Source: a virus (lineage: Duplodnaviria > Caudoviricetes). From it: DNA of 64,000 bases. The stretch lies in IMG/VR virus record IMGVR_UViG_2855110455_000001, positions 3,344-67,343 of that record. One strand, written 5' to 3'. Both the position numbers and the translations under genes were made by a program. Positions 40,601 to 50,250 of the stretch are shown piece by piece; the stretch's first letter is position 1, and each line of letters starts with the position of its first letter. The notes under the pieces are model-generated. The model did no database searches. It saw only the letters and a list, made by a program, of their open reading frames with translations, and was not told the origin of the DNA.

Positions 40601-43600
40601 GTTTCAGTAAATGTAGTCAAAACTCAAGCAGAGGCTGAGCAGATATTAGGTACATCATTTAACGATTATAAGGTGAATGCATTTTATGATGAAGTTACTG
40701 CATCAGTTGTTGTAGTGGCAGATAACATTGCAAATACCAAAGATCTCCGTCAAAAGTTGCGCCACGAAATTTTAGTTCATCACGGCTTACGTGCTGTTGT
40801 TGGTGACACGGAGTATGGACGTATCCTGAAAACAGTATATTCAGGTCTCGGCTCTAAGCATTTAAAATCAATGGTTGCAGAACTAGAGCAAAGCTATAGC
40901 AGAGAAAACTTAAATAATTTTGTCGAAGAAGTGTTGGCGCATGTAGCGGAGAATGAACGTAATAAGTCCCAACAGTGGTATGACAGAGTCATGGCGGTGA
41001 TTGCTACCGCATTACGTAAAGTCGGTCTAATGTCAGCGTCTGATATAACTAAAGCTGAATTGCATAATATTGTACAAACATTAACAGACCGAATTAAGTC
41101 GGTAAATGAATGGGGACCAGATAGTTCACCACCAGGTAATGATAGTAATGGGCACATATCACGCACGAAGTTCAGCCGCACGGTTTTCACAAATAATCAA
41201 TCATCATCAGCATTTCTTGATGCTGTAGAAAAAGCACGATCGCATATAAAAGGACCAGCTTCTGATGTTGCTGCTGGTGGCTTTGATATCCCCACTGAAA
41301 ACATCAAATCAACTATCGTCCGTAATTTAGCGGATAAGTTTCAAGTCCTCAAAGAGTTACAACGCAATATTGTAAAAGCTGACGGTAAAATTACAGAGGA
41401 TAGTGATACTTACCTTGCAGAAGAACTCTTTCACGGGAAGGCTGAAAATGATTTGCGGATCATGAAAGATGCTTTTGTGAAGCCATTAGCCAATAAAATG
41501 GCTCAATATGATATAAGCCAGACAAAGCTTGATGAATACCTGATAGCTCGTCATGCCCAAGAGCGTAATGCTTATATTGCATCAATTAATGCTAAGTTTC
41601 CTGACGGTGGCTCGGGTATGAGCAATGCAGATGCCCAAAGTAAACTTGATGAAATTAGAAATAGCGGTAAGCAAAAACACTATGATGAGTTAGCACATAT
41701 TGTGGATGCGATGATAGCACGTCAGCGTGATGTGTTACGTGATAGTGGTTTGGAATCAGATGCGGTGATTGATAGTTGGCAATCTCACTACAAACACTAT
41801 GTGCCCTTAAAGGGGATAGCAAAAGATGAGTCATCATTACCACGCACAGGTAAAGGTTTTAGTATTGGTGGTAAAGAAGCTAAAAATGCCATGGGGCGAA
41901 AATCCATAGCTGAATCACCAAGCAGCCATGCTATCTCTGATTTAACAGAAAAACTTATCCGAGCCCGTAAAAACGAAGTGGGAAATGCACTGCTTAAGTT
42001 AGTGAAAGATAATCCTTCTGATGATTACTGGCAGGTTTTTAGCAGTGATAAACCAGACACATCGCCACAAATTATTGAGCGTAAGAACTCAAAAACAGGT
42101 CAAAAGGAAAAGGTTGTTGAGGATCGTCCTGTACCTATGTCCATGATGCCTGATTACTACTTTCCAACAAAGAAAGATGGCAAGGTCTATTACATAAAAT
42201 TGCATGATAAACGATTGATGAAAGCAATGAAGAATATCGGGCCAGACAATAGTAATGGCATTATTCGAGCTATGGCTACGTTTAATCGATTTCTTGCTTC
42301 AGTAAATACCAGCTACAACCCTGAATTTGTTGTAGGGAACTTTGCACGTGATATTCAAACTGCGTTCTTAAATCTATCTGCAGAGCAAACACGCGATGAC
42401 GGTAAGATCAAAGGTAAGAATATTGCTAAGCAGGTGATAGTTGATATTAAGCATGCAATGCCTGCGGTATATGCTTCATTGAATGATAAGTCCTCTAAAA
42501 CGCCTAGTGGGCGTGAATGGCAGAATTATTTTAATGAATTTATGGAAGATGGAGGTAAAACCGGTTGGTTTGATATGAAGGATGTCGACGGCCAAGCTAA
42601 AGATATTGAACGCATGGTTGCTGTGGCCAGTGGTTCAACAAAAGGTAAGGCATATAAAGCGTTTGATGCTGTTGCTGGTTTCGTTGAAAACGTTAATAGC
42701 GCTGTTGAAAATGCTGTGCGGTTATCTGCTTATGTGAACGCCCGTAAAGCAGGGATTAGTCGTAAGAAGTCAGCATCATTAGCAAAGAACATGACCGTTA
42801 ATTTTAATCGTCGAGGTGAAGTAGGTACTACCTTAAATGCAATGTATATGTTTGCGAATGCTTCTATTCAAGGCACTGTAAATTTTGTGCGTACTATGGC
42901 TGATTTGAATGGCGATGGTAAGTTGAAATGGAAAAATATGAACAAGGCGCAAAAGTTGGCTACTGGTATTGTGGCTGGTTCGTTTGTCTTGGCGTTTGCC
43001 AATAGAAATGCGGCTGGTGACGATGATGATGGCGAGAATTGGTATGACAAAGTACCTGATTACGTTAAAGAACGTAATTTTGTGATCATGAAATCATTAG
43101 TTGGGGGAAAGCAAGATGGTTCTTACTGGTCAATTCCAATGCCTTATGGATACAACGTATTTTCAGTCTTGGGTTCAAGCGTTGAATCTGTCATGAATAG
43201 TGACAGTGTCACTCCTGTGAAAGCAGCAGGAGACTTAGTCATGGCTGCACTTGGCGCTTTTTCACCTATAGGTATGAGTGAATCTCATACTATAACGGGA
43301 GCTGTTCTTAAAAATGCTTTACCAACTATAGGTAAGCCTTTTGCTGAGCTTGGATTAAATGAAAACTTCTTTGGTGGTCAGATTTATAAAGAGAACATGC
43401 CATTTGGTACACCTCAGCCTAATAGTTCTATAAGTAAACGGGGTACATCCGATCACTATAAAGACTTCGCAAAATGGCTGAATCAAGTCTCAGGCGGTAG
43501 TAAATATCGATCTGGGGGATTAGATTTTAGCCCAGATGCAATGCAGTATATTGTTGGTTATATGGGCGGTGCTGCATTTCGGTTTACAAGTGTAAAGGTT

Positions 43601-43981
43601 CCTGGATTAGTTGATAAAGTGACGAACGATAACGTTGAAGATAGTCAGGTCGCTTTTTTAAGTCGTATATCCGGTCGAGTAATGCCATATGCAGATCAAA
43701 GTAAGTTTTATGAGCGCCGTGATGAATTACTGCAGATAAGAGATGAATCTAAGGTAACGTTTGGCACTAAGCGTAAGAACTTTTTAGGCACTTACGGTAA
43801 AAAACTGCGATTACTTCCTATGCTGAAGGTAACTGAAAATCAGCTTAAAGCGTTACGTAAACGTCGTAATGCTATTTATGCCCTCAACATCCCATCTAAA
43901 GATAAAGATTTACGTTTGAAGAACATTGAACGTCAGATGAAAACAGTAATAGATAGGTTTAATCGTCAATATAATGCTTAG
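37613..43981 (+). CDS. Giant ejection / large polyvalent protein (metallopeptidase-like motif, C-terminal LPD38-like domain)
   Basis: 2,122 aa; LRHEILVHHGL..EE zincin-like motif; TVNFNRRG, IPMPYGY, NENFFGGQIY C-terminal motifs. Confidence 0.75.
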   Translation: MSERLLGNDIDPKATVQAQTDMTNTGGDYELPEGFSLANFQPRDVKNHEVSLFDGAKSFVSGGLRSLEGASEAQGQVLNVLNDKVNANDGWISSVASAAQDIPVVRAAMATTPYIKNVLDSAANTVEDSLSDDAKAAASEPLAWREGDNWRVSTDPAVWGIQFSKSMGYMLPTIATAFSTGGVSASALLPNITNAMIRSGASATLASKAAPIALNMLMKAPAVGVGMSTDLGTQGVESSNGVIDAEHRQLMESQHYQDAFIDIDSDPKYVHLSDGEKFGLAKEFVSNQASRAAMTDVRNVAASAAATMVGDIPLANAMLKGFKHGGGVRGTAAGIAKGIAREAPMEAIQEGTQQRVSNEVSNEYQGSNIDPNQGVAEAAVSGGLMGTAMGGSMGSIGGFRSKSQVDPITEISVDDSPVSEAPIDSNAVDASISEDSVPEQHNKIYPNDFENTSSQIRQQEADTNETASELETENVVESTPDSDVNPDINPELATSIFNEVDTQNDLDIPAYLRQPVKLSEKAASIDESLPAATNTDLVVSDSRPDVIYGHDKRTTQDPTIYDKPVGEPQFEGGIPKNKLRQLKYLANRRNAKIPLALQPLKGSGRFTRPEYRSRLVSIADEAISLGNSKSVNVQVDSISDAITKLGGVSRTSAQADGIDSAAFKRNKLFSATKGRTFDELAEVLNEHGYRSRDGGKLDANAVLDLVDSEVNNNERHFSSQSDMLTETDHGSAFNELVREYGAERVKTAISKALQGNRLGDRQAEIVNEAMDVIETGRIEQAGGIEARHGERDSRREARALRQKKQLEKTHNELGLPKKVEPDNSVNIEREYNETVEAVLDNSIKQATIANPIETESLIYRYETGQITTADLISRLGELDYADKQKLNSMEDTQSTSKRKDPTSVEERARERETPSSKESESTRINSDRVGTDDVKKPKHEQRREPKSKITSTDDHRSMLYSQQALSSSNTTTKGIPLKQAELAVKSWLRQYNGGAGVSVNVVKTQAEAEQILGTSFNDYKVNAFYDEVTASVVVVADNIANTKDLRQKLRHEILVHHGLRAVVGDTEYGRILKTVYSGLGSKHLKSMVAELEQSYSRENLNNFVEEVLAHVAENERNKSQQWYDRVMAVIATALRKVGLMSASDITKAELHNIVQTLTDRIKSVNEWGPDSSPPGNDSNGHISRTKFSRTVFTNNQSSSAFLDAVEKARSHIKGPASDVAAGGFDIPTENIKSTIVRNLADKFQVLKELQRNIVKADGKITEDSDTYLAEELFHGKAENDLRIMKDAFVKPLANKMAQYDISQTKLDEYLIARHAQERNAYIASINAKFPDGGSGMSNADAQSKLDEIRNSGKQKHYDELAHIVDAMIARQRDVLRDSGLESDAVIDSWQSHYKHYVPLKGIAKDESSLPRTGKGFSIGGKEAKNAMGRKSIAESPSSHAISDLTEKLIRARKNEVGNALLKLVKDNPSDDYWQVFSSDKPDTSPQIIERKNSKTGQKEKVVEDRPVPMSMMPDYYFPTKKDGKVYYIKLHDKRLMKAMKNIGPDNSNGIIRAMATFNRFLASVNTSYNPEFVVGNFARDIQTAFLNLSAEQTRDDGKIKGKNIAKQVIVDIKHAMPAVYASLNDKSSKTPSGREWQNYFNEFMEDGGKTGWFDMKDVDGQAKDIERMVAVASGSTKGKAYKAFDAVAGFVENVNSAVENAVRLSAYVNARKAGISRKKSASLAKNMTVNFNRRGEVGTTLNAMYMFANASIQGTVNFVRTMADLNGDGKLKWKNMNKAQKLATGIVAGSFVLAFANRNAAGDDDDGENWYDKVPDYVKERNFVIMKSLVGGKQDGSYWSIPMPYGYNVFSVLGSSVESVMNSDSVTPVKAAGDLVMAALGAFSPIGMSESHTITGAVLKNALPTIGKPFAELGLNENFFGGQIYKENMPFGTPQPNSSISKRGTSDHYKDFAKWLNQVSGGSKYRSGGLDFSPDAMQYIVGYMGGAAFRFTSVKVPGLVDKVTNDNVEDSQVAFLSRISGRVMPYADQSKFYERRDELLQIRDESKVTFGTKRKNFLGTYGKKLRLLPMLKVTENQLKALRKRRNAIYALNIPSKDKDLRLKNIERQMKTVIDRFNRQYNA

Positions 43982-44155
43982 AAAGTTGGCCTAATTAAAT
44001 TGAGTAAAATAATTATTTCAAATAGTCGCTCATTAAGACTTTTATTTAGTTTGGGAAGTGGATTAAAAGAGGAGGTTAAATAATTTTATATGGATATCGA
44101 TAAAGCAAAAAACCGCCAAAAATGGCGGTTAGTAAGGAATGATATCAGCTCAGGA

Positions 44156-44854
44156 TTAATTCCGTTGTGACATCAAAAAATTAACATTTTCTGTCAATTC
44201 TACGATTAACTGATCTTGTTCTGCGATTTTTTGCTGTAAATCATCAATACATACAGCATTTTCGTCACAGATTTTAACTGTTCCACCCATTACTGCGAAA
44301 GTGTTGCTCTCGTGAAGGATTGGAGCTTCTGGGCGAAGTTGGCCGTTTGCAAACATATAATCACGTAAACCGATACCAACAGAGTTGTACCCATTTACAG
44401 TAATGCTTGAGCCAATAGCTGTTGATGAATGCCCATTTGCTGTTGCTTTAAAGCCGAATGCAGTAGATCCTGCGCCATTAGCCTCAGTGCCACTACCAAA
44501 CGCAGTAGACCAATCACCATTAGCATCGGTTCCATCACCCCATGCTGTCGAAGCTTTACCTACAGCACGAGTCATTTGACCAAAAGCTGTTGAAGCCCAA
44601 CCTCCAGCATATGTTTCTAAACCGAATGCTGTGGCTTCAGAGCCAGAGCGTGGAATAACGGTGTTCCAGCCCCAAGCAGTACTATTGAAGCCCTTTATTT
44701 CTTTTGCCATGCCCCAGTGCTTAGCATTCACACCAATATTAGTTTTTTCGTGTGTTGCGATCTGGCTATTTTGATTAATATGTTGTTCTAGATCGCTAGC
44801 ATAAGCAGTGCTTGTAATTGCAAGCATACAAAGACATAAGAAACGCTTTTTCAT
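44156..44854 (-). CDS. Secreted YadA-head-repeat protein without membrane anchor (moron)
   Basis: Signal peptide; ~14-aa STAFG..T.A.G repeats; C-terminal coiled coil; hairpin at 44,107-44,130. Confidence 0.75.
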   Translation of the reverse strand: MKKRFLCLCMLAITSTAYASDLEQHINQNSQIATHEKTNIGVNAKHWGMAKEIKGFNSTAWGWNTVIPRSGSEATAFGLETYAGGWASTAFGQMTRAVGKASTAWGDGTDANGDWSTAFGSGTEANGAGSTAFGFKATANGHSSTAIGSSITVNGYNSVGIGLRDYMFANGQLRPEAPILHESNTFAVMGGTVKICDENAVCIDDLQQKIAEQDQLIVELTENVNFLMSQRN

Positions 44855-44968
44855 GATTATTTTCCAGTTTAATTTATGTGAAACTTGATGCGCATGGTAG
44901 AGGGGAGTAGAAGATATTAGAAGTAAAATAATGTAACTAAGTGTGTATGAAACTCTTAGATTCAGAGA

Positions 44969-45151
44969 TTGTTGCAGTCGATTATGCCTGGTGAAAAGGT
45001 AACAGCAGAACAGATTGCTGAGCGTTGTGAATTGTCCTGTTCGTGGGCGAGTACGTTGTTGAAGACGGTTTGGGAGAGGGGATATTTAAGAAGAACTTCC
45101 TTCATGAGAGAAGGTGGTGGAGTGTTTTTCTTATATAAGTGTCAAAAATAA
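44969..45151 (+). pseudogene. Winged-HTH fragment
   Basis: VTAEQIAERCELSCSWASTLLKTVWERGYLRR; TTG start, no clear RBS. Confidence 0.5.
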
Positions 45152-45210
45152 ATGAATCAACAATATAAATATAGTAGCATATTGGTGGTTACTATTAATA
45201 AGAAGATTAC

Positions 45211-46083
45211 ATGAAAAAGGTTTTATTATTTTTACTTGTTCTTTTAGGCATTTTTGCTCCACTTCTATCTTATTTATATTTATTTGAACCATTTAACTTT
45301 TTATCCTCACATATTGAAACTATAAATAAGGTTACACGTTATCAGGCTGGAGCCTTGTTTGTTTTTATTATGTTAGTGTGGGTATATGTTTTTGTTCATT
45401 GTAAAATACTTAAATATGGATTTCATGTAATCGCAGGTGCTATATCTATTATTTTTGCATTACTTGCTATTGCAGGGGTTTGTTTTGAAATTTACTCATT
45501 ATTGTGCTTGATTTTATTATCTTTGGCTGGATTGCTGAGTATATATTGTGTAAGTGTTCCTCTAGTAGTATTTTTTCAAAATAAAATAAGAGGATCGTGG
45601 GAATATATTATAATAACTATTATTTTTGGTAGTAGTTTAACTTTTATTATTAGCGGATATGCATCTGTAATTGTTAATGAGATCTTTGGTATCAATGCTA
45701 AATATCTTCCATATTCAACAGTATTGTCAATGTTCATTGTATTATCGCCATTTCTAGCAATTATTTCTTTTATCTTGCTCTTGGTTATAATTTTTTTAAA
45801 AATAGATCTATTTAAAAATGAATATGGTCATAATAAATTTTATTTAATAAACGCTTTTGTTGGATGTTATATTTTATTTATTATGAGTATAGGGGTAGGG
45901 TCTCATAGTTCTAAAAGCTTAGAGAGAGTTGCAAGTATATTTGATTTTGATTCTTATCATTATTGTGTATTTTCTGAAAAAGTAGATGGTGTGATTTTTT
46001 TAGACTCACAGTATTCTAAGGTTTTAACATATAAAAAAGGCAGGAAGCCTCTTTATACGGTGATGGTTTGTAATATTAAATAA
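45211..46083 (+). CDS. Multi-pass membrane protein (moron; possible superinfection exclusion)
   Basis: About 7 TM segments, very AT-rich. Confidence 0.7.
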   Translation: MKKVLLFLLVLLGIFAPLLSYLYLFEPFNFLSSHIETINKVTRYQAGALFVFIMLVWVYVFVHCKILKYGFHVIAGAISIIFALLAIAGVCFEIYSLLCLILLSLAGLLSIYCVSVPLVVFFQNKIRGSWEYIIITIIFGSSLTFIISGYASVIVNEIFGINAKYLPYSTVLSMFIVLSPFLAIISFILLLVIIFLKIDLFKNEYGHNKFYLINAFVGCYILFIMSIGVGSHSSKSLERVASIFDFDSYHYCVFSEKVDGVIFLDSQYSKVLTYKKGRKPLYTVMVCNIK

Positions 46084-46358
46084 GCTAAGTTCTTCTGGGT
46101 CCGCAGAAACATCAAACGAGTGCGACTCTCGGGAAATAAAAATTTTTTGGCTCTCTTAGCCACCACCGAGGTTGGCGATTTAGACCATTTTCGGTGGTGA
46201 AGGGTAGAGCGTGATGCGTAACGCTGTTTAGTTTTTGTGTTTAATTTATAACGTTGGTTTTTTAGTCGTGATTATTAACAATTATAATAAATCTTTTAAT
46301 GAGTAAATATATACACGCTAAAATGTTTAATCCTGATTAATGTGTATTAAATTACACA

Positions 46359-46817
46359 TTAATCAAAAAGAGCCTTTAGAGCTGCAGGTGAAGAAGGAAT
46401 TAGCCCAATTTTTAGACCAAAAGGTTTAAATACTTTACCTAAAATGTCAGCATTAAAATGGCCGCGATCGTTCTCTATATCTGAAATTGTTTTACGCGAA
46501 ACACCGACCATTTTGGCAAAGACATCTTGTTTTATACCTAAAACTCCAATCCGAAGATTTTTTAAGGCTTTTCCTTGAGATAGTTGACCAAATATTAATT
46601 GTTTGACTATCGCATTGATTTTCTTTTTTCGTTCTGATGGACTGGTAGTCGTAATATTTTTTGATACTCTTCCTGGAGATGACGATTCCTGCATCAAAGT
46701 TGGCTCTGTACCGTGAGATGGACGGTGATCTTCAGAAACACTTTGAATATTTCCTTTTTTCATTCGAGCGATAACATCTTCTACGCTTTCAGCTTGAATA
46801 TGATCAGTATTACTCAT
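46359..46817 (-). CDS. XRE-HTH antitoxin (HipB-like)
   Basis: LKNLR..LGIKQDVFAKMVGVSRKTISDIEND; ATGA overlap with hipA. Confidence 0.85.
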   Translation of the reverse strand: MSNTDHIQAESVEDVIARMKKGNIQSVSEDHRPSHGTEPTLMQESSSPGRVSKNITTTSPSERKKKINAIVKQLIFGQLSQGKALKNLRIGVLGIKQDVFAKMVGVSRKTISDIENDRGHFNADILGKVFKPFGLKIGLIPSSPAALKALFD

Positions 46818-48190
46818 AAAAGTCCCCATTTTTTTATCTTTTCAGGTATAAACTTCAAACCAATAGCTGGCATATTTGTTATTTGCTCTGGCGCACCTCT
46901 GCTCTCCAACCGCTCTTGAAGACCTAGACATTTTTTAGCCGTATTTCGAAGTTCCATAAGCAAAACGTCGCTCGGCACAAGATCTGATAGAGATTCTGCA
47001 ATACCAAAGAAGTCATACTCACCACCTACTTCTAATGGTGATTTCCATTTTGTAGATCGAGGAATACCTTCGGGATCTGCTTTCATAGGTGCGAAATCAT
47101 AAATAGGAGAGAGTTTAATAAAACCGTCACCTTTCAGAAAACATGTATTTCGGCCATGATTATCACTATTACCGAATAATATGTTCAGCAAATCTCTTTT
47201 TACCCATTCAATAACGAAAGCCTGAATATCAAAAATATAACCATGTGTTTTTACAGTATGACTTTGCGTTATTTTTTTAATCAAATCTCTAATTGTTGTT
47301 TCATGATCGAGAGTAACGCCAGGGCCTATACCTAAGATGGAATACACTGATTCCATGCCAAATCTTGATATAGAAGGAGCAGGGCTCTCACCATATATCA
47401 CATCAAATCTTGGTAACCATAAAGATGGATATGTTAAGCCTTCTTCAAGTCGCATATTTTCTACGGGAATAGTATCGAATCCCATAGCTGCTAGTTCATG
47501 GTAGTAATGATATTCAGCTCTAAGGATATTACAATCAACAAGGCTTCGAGTGCCGCGAGGGTACTTAACAAGATAGTGTAAATCTTGATTAGTGTTATCG
47601 TTCTGGTACGAGTCAATCCAGATATTTTTGGAATCAACAGATTTAGCCCGTTCCACAGAGTAACGAAGTAAAAGTTTAGGAGCTTCACCACCGGCACCTG
47701 TAGCACCACCTGCTGCTGCGCCTCTATGCTGAGCGTAATCGAGGAAGTCACCCGCTCTATTCTTTACATCATCGATAGTAAAGAAAAGTGTACCAGATAT
47801 ATGATCAGGCTTAGGTAATGAATCTTTAACTCTTAGGTTACCGACTGGAGCCATTGTTCCAAATTTGAGTAATATGAAATTTTGTTGCCCAGAACTCAAT
47901 TCACCTATATTGAGGCGATTAACCCAGTATCGTCTACTCGCGCCACTAGGCATGATATCGTCTAAAAACTTCAACCAGCCGGGTCTACCGTCATCATCAA
48001 AGAAGAAAGATACCGGATAATTTATAGAAACGGCATGAATATCATCTTTATCAAAATGCTCTAATGCGTATTCGCTAATATAATTTAATTCAGTTATTCG
48101 ATAGTTTTTCGAATCACTTTCTGGAAATGAAATGATTGCAATATCGAGCCACTTTTCGTTTAGAAAAGCTTGTATAGTCAGTTCTTCCAC
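46814..48190 (-). CDS. hipA: HipA-family kinase toxin
   Basis: GATGAGGEAPK, RFD, GNSDNHGRN, LSPIYDF. Confidence 0.9.
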   Translation of the reverse strand: MEELTIQAFLNEKWLDIAIISFPESDSKNYRITELNYISEYALEHFDKDDIHAVSINYPVSFFFDDDGRPGWLKFLDDIMPSGASRRYWVNRLNIGELSSGQQNFILLKFGTMAPVGNLRVKDSLPKPDHISGTLFFTIDDVKNRAGDFLDYAQHRGAAAGGATGAGGEAPKLLLRYSVERAKSVDSKNIWIDSYQNDNTNQDLHYLVKYPRGTRSLVDCNILRAEYHYYHELAAMGFDTIPVENMRLEEGLTYPSLWLPRFDVIYGESPAPSISRFGMESVYSILGIGPGVTLDHETTIRDLIKKITQSHTVKTHGYIFDIQAFVIEWVKRDLLNILFGNSDNHGRNTCFLKGDGFIKLSPIYDFAPMKADPEGIPRSTKWKSPLEVGGEYDFFGIAESLSDLVPSDVLLMELRNTAKKCLGLQERLESRGAPEQITNMPAIGLKFIPEKIKKWGLL

Positions 48191-48210
48191 AGCAGACCCC
48201 TAATTTACCT

Positions 48211-48314
48211 AATGTGTAAAATGATACTCATAAAATGGTTTTTTTTCAATTAATGAGTATTTTAATACGCGTAAATATCTTTATTTTGATTTAATGAGTG
48301 TTTTTTTACTCATT
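48211..48314. promoter_or_regulatory. Three palindromic operators upstream of hipA (41-bp spacing)
   Basis: AATGwGT-N8-AC..: 48211, 48252, 48293. Confidence 0.7.
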
Positions 48315-48419
48315 AGATTTTGTTGGATATTTAGATGAAATAGAAAGGAGTCAATATGCGGAATAGTGGCATTCAGTCATTAGAGAACGATTTAGGCTAA
48401 TTTAATGGAATTAATACGT

Positions 48420-48710
48420 GGCTTTGTCCCTGAAGTGTCATAAGTAACAAATAAAGTCATTTAGTTGTTTTATATCAAATGGTTACAAGTGGCGTGTTAG
48501 AGTCAATCCAATACAGTGTTGGCTCGTTTTTCTTGTTCATAGTATTTTCCAGAAGCCATGAGTGCGATATTAAGTGTCTGCTATAACAATGGCTTTTTGT
48601 TATATGCTGTTCGCATACACAGTAGTTAATTCTAAGTGAATTCAGCTTGGGATTTGCATTAATGTCCGAATGCGTGTCCCAAAATCCGAGCCTGTGTCCT
48701 AATTTAAAGG
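48420..48710. other. attP-like junction between the two prophages, with sbcB-like 5' stub
   Basis: IHF consensus TATCAAATGGTTA 48473-48485; TGTCC arm-type repeats on both sides; minus-strand MNKKNEPTLYWID from 48540. Confidence 0.6.
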
Positions 48711-48719
48711 GATAGCGTA

Positions 48720-49883
48720 ATGAGCCTGACAGACCGACAACTTAATCTTATATCAAAGCAAGACACTTATGACGGTAAAGCTGAAATTAGTGATGGTGAA
48801 GGGCTCGTTGTCCGCATAACACCTCAAGCTAAAATCTATTTTCATTACCGTTGCCGCTTTAATAAAAAAAGCCTAAGAATTCGTATAGGTAAGTATCCCG
48901 TAACTAGCCTTAAAGAGGCAAGGCGAAAGCATAAATTAATGATGGAATTAAGAGAATCTGGTCGAAATCCCAACATTGCTATAACGGGTGAGCTTGAATT
49001 TATCACTTTAGATGATTGTGTTGCGTACTGGCTTAAACATTATGTCCCTCAATTAAAAGTGGGTACTCAGGCACTTTATCGCTCGTTTGCCAAAAATTAC
49101 CTTATTGGTGCGTTCCCTGAACGTAATGTTGAAACGATACCAGCCAGAGAATGGATGCAGTGGTTAGATACCATTAGCCTTGATAAACCCAAAACCGCTA
49201 ATTCACTCTTCACCAAGCTAAGAGCCTGTTTAAACTTCTGTAAGAGTAAGTTCATTATTGAAAAAACAGACTTAGACCGAATTAAAAGACAGCATGTAGG
49301 TAGAGCACCAGAAGTCGGTACCCGAGTGCCAACGTTTTCAGAACTTAGCATGATTTGGTTGGCCATCGAACGCAGCCGCGCCAGCTCATCTAATAAGGCG
49401 CTGCATCAATTAACTATGTTGTGGGGCAGCCGTCTTTCAGAGTTGCGCCTAGCTCGTCGCAGTCACTTTGATATGGAAGCGGGTATATGGACGGTACCGA
49501 AAGAACTCAGTAAAACCAATACGCCAATAAGACGCCCAATTCCAACTAAAGCGCGGGTGATATTAGAGCGAGTAATGGCAACTTACGATGATGTGCTTTT
49601 TCCAGGTAGTGATCTTGATAAGCCGATAACTATTTCAGCGGCTAACCGTTATATCCGCCGTATAAGAGATGGTTTACCGATTGAAGATTGGCGTACCCAT
49701 GATTTTAGACGCTCATTATCCACCGGTGCATCAGAGCTTGGTGTAATGCCACATGTAGTTGAAAAGATGCTTGGCCATGAGCTGGGTGGCGTATTAGCGG
49801 TTTATAACAAACATGATTGGCTGAAAGACCAGTTAGAAGGGTATGAGCTATATGCTGAGAAGCTGGATAGTTATTTGAAGTAG
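48720..49883 (+). CDS. int: Tyrosine integrase with N-terminal arm-binding domain
   Basis: DGEGL.VR..GKYP..SL.EAR; R (SRLSE), K, HDFRR, LGH, Y (VYN). Confidence 0.95.
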   Translation: MSLTDRQLNLISKQDTYDGKAEISDGEGLVVRITPQAKIYFHYRCRFNKKSLRIRIGKYPVTSLKEARRKHKLMMELRESGRNPNIAITGELEFITLDDCVAYWLKHYVPQLKVGTQALYRSFAKNYLIGAFPERNVETIPAREWMQWLDTISLDKPKTANSLFTKLRACLNFCKSKFIIEKTDLDRIKRQHVGRAPEVGTRVPTFSELSMIWLAIERSRASSSNKALHQLTMLWGSRLSELRLARRSHFDMEAGIWTVPKELSKTNTPIRRPIPTKARVILERVMATYDDVLFPGSDLDKPITISAANRYIRRIRDGLPIEDWRTHDFRRSLSTGASELGVMPHVVEKMLGHELGGVLAVYNKHDWLKDQLEGYELYAEKLDSYLK

Positions 49884-49974
49884 GGTTTGTTGATGATTCA
49901 TTTTATTTAAGCCGTATTGGATGTTGGATATAGTATCTAACACGGAAATGCCCCGTTATCATTCAGAGTAAAAG

Positions 49975-50250
49975 TTCATACATATCGTGTTAACGGGATT
50001 TTTGATTAGTTTTTAATACTGCTTATTAATCTAGGCATAACTAAATATAATGATTTTTGCTGTTTGATTTTCAATTTTATATTGATTGTTATTAAGGCTG
50101 AATAACGAAATTTCTTATTTTCCACATTCCCCAAATTGCCACGCAAGAAAAAGAAAATTGTTAACGTGTTGATATTTATGTATTAAATGGGTTATAGTAT
50201 TCTTATTAATAAGTGTATTTTTGCATATAAAGTAAGAATACTTATTAATC
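49975..50250 (+). promoter_or_regulatory. Cargo leader copy A (promoter + hairpin); homologous to 52,500-52,780
   Basis: Shared blocks tttccacat, tgttaac..gatatttat, aagtaagaat.cttattaatc. Confidence 0.7.

Larger units (their letters stand above)
1..48500. mobile_element. Prophage 1, near-complete temperate podovirus (lambdoid early genes + 933W/phi24B-like structural module); left end/integrase outside window
   Basis: Ordered xis-exo-bet-cI-cro-O-P-Q-lysis-terminase-portal-capsid-tail-ejection genes; ends at att-like junction ~48,500. Confidence 0.9.

Noticed and set aside
48320-48720. tRNA/tmRNA at the integration site
   Set aside because: No cloverleaf or T-loop/CCA signature seen; the sbcB-like stub explains the site better
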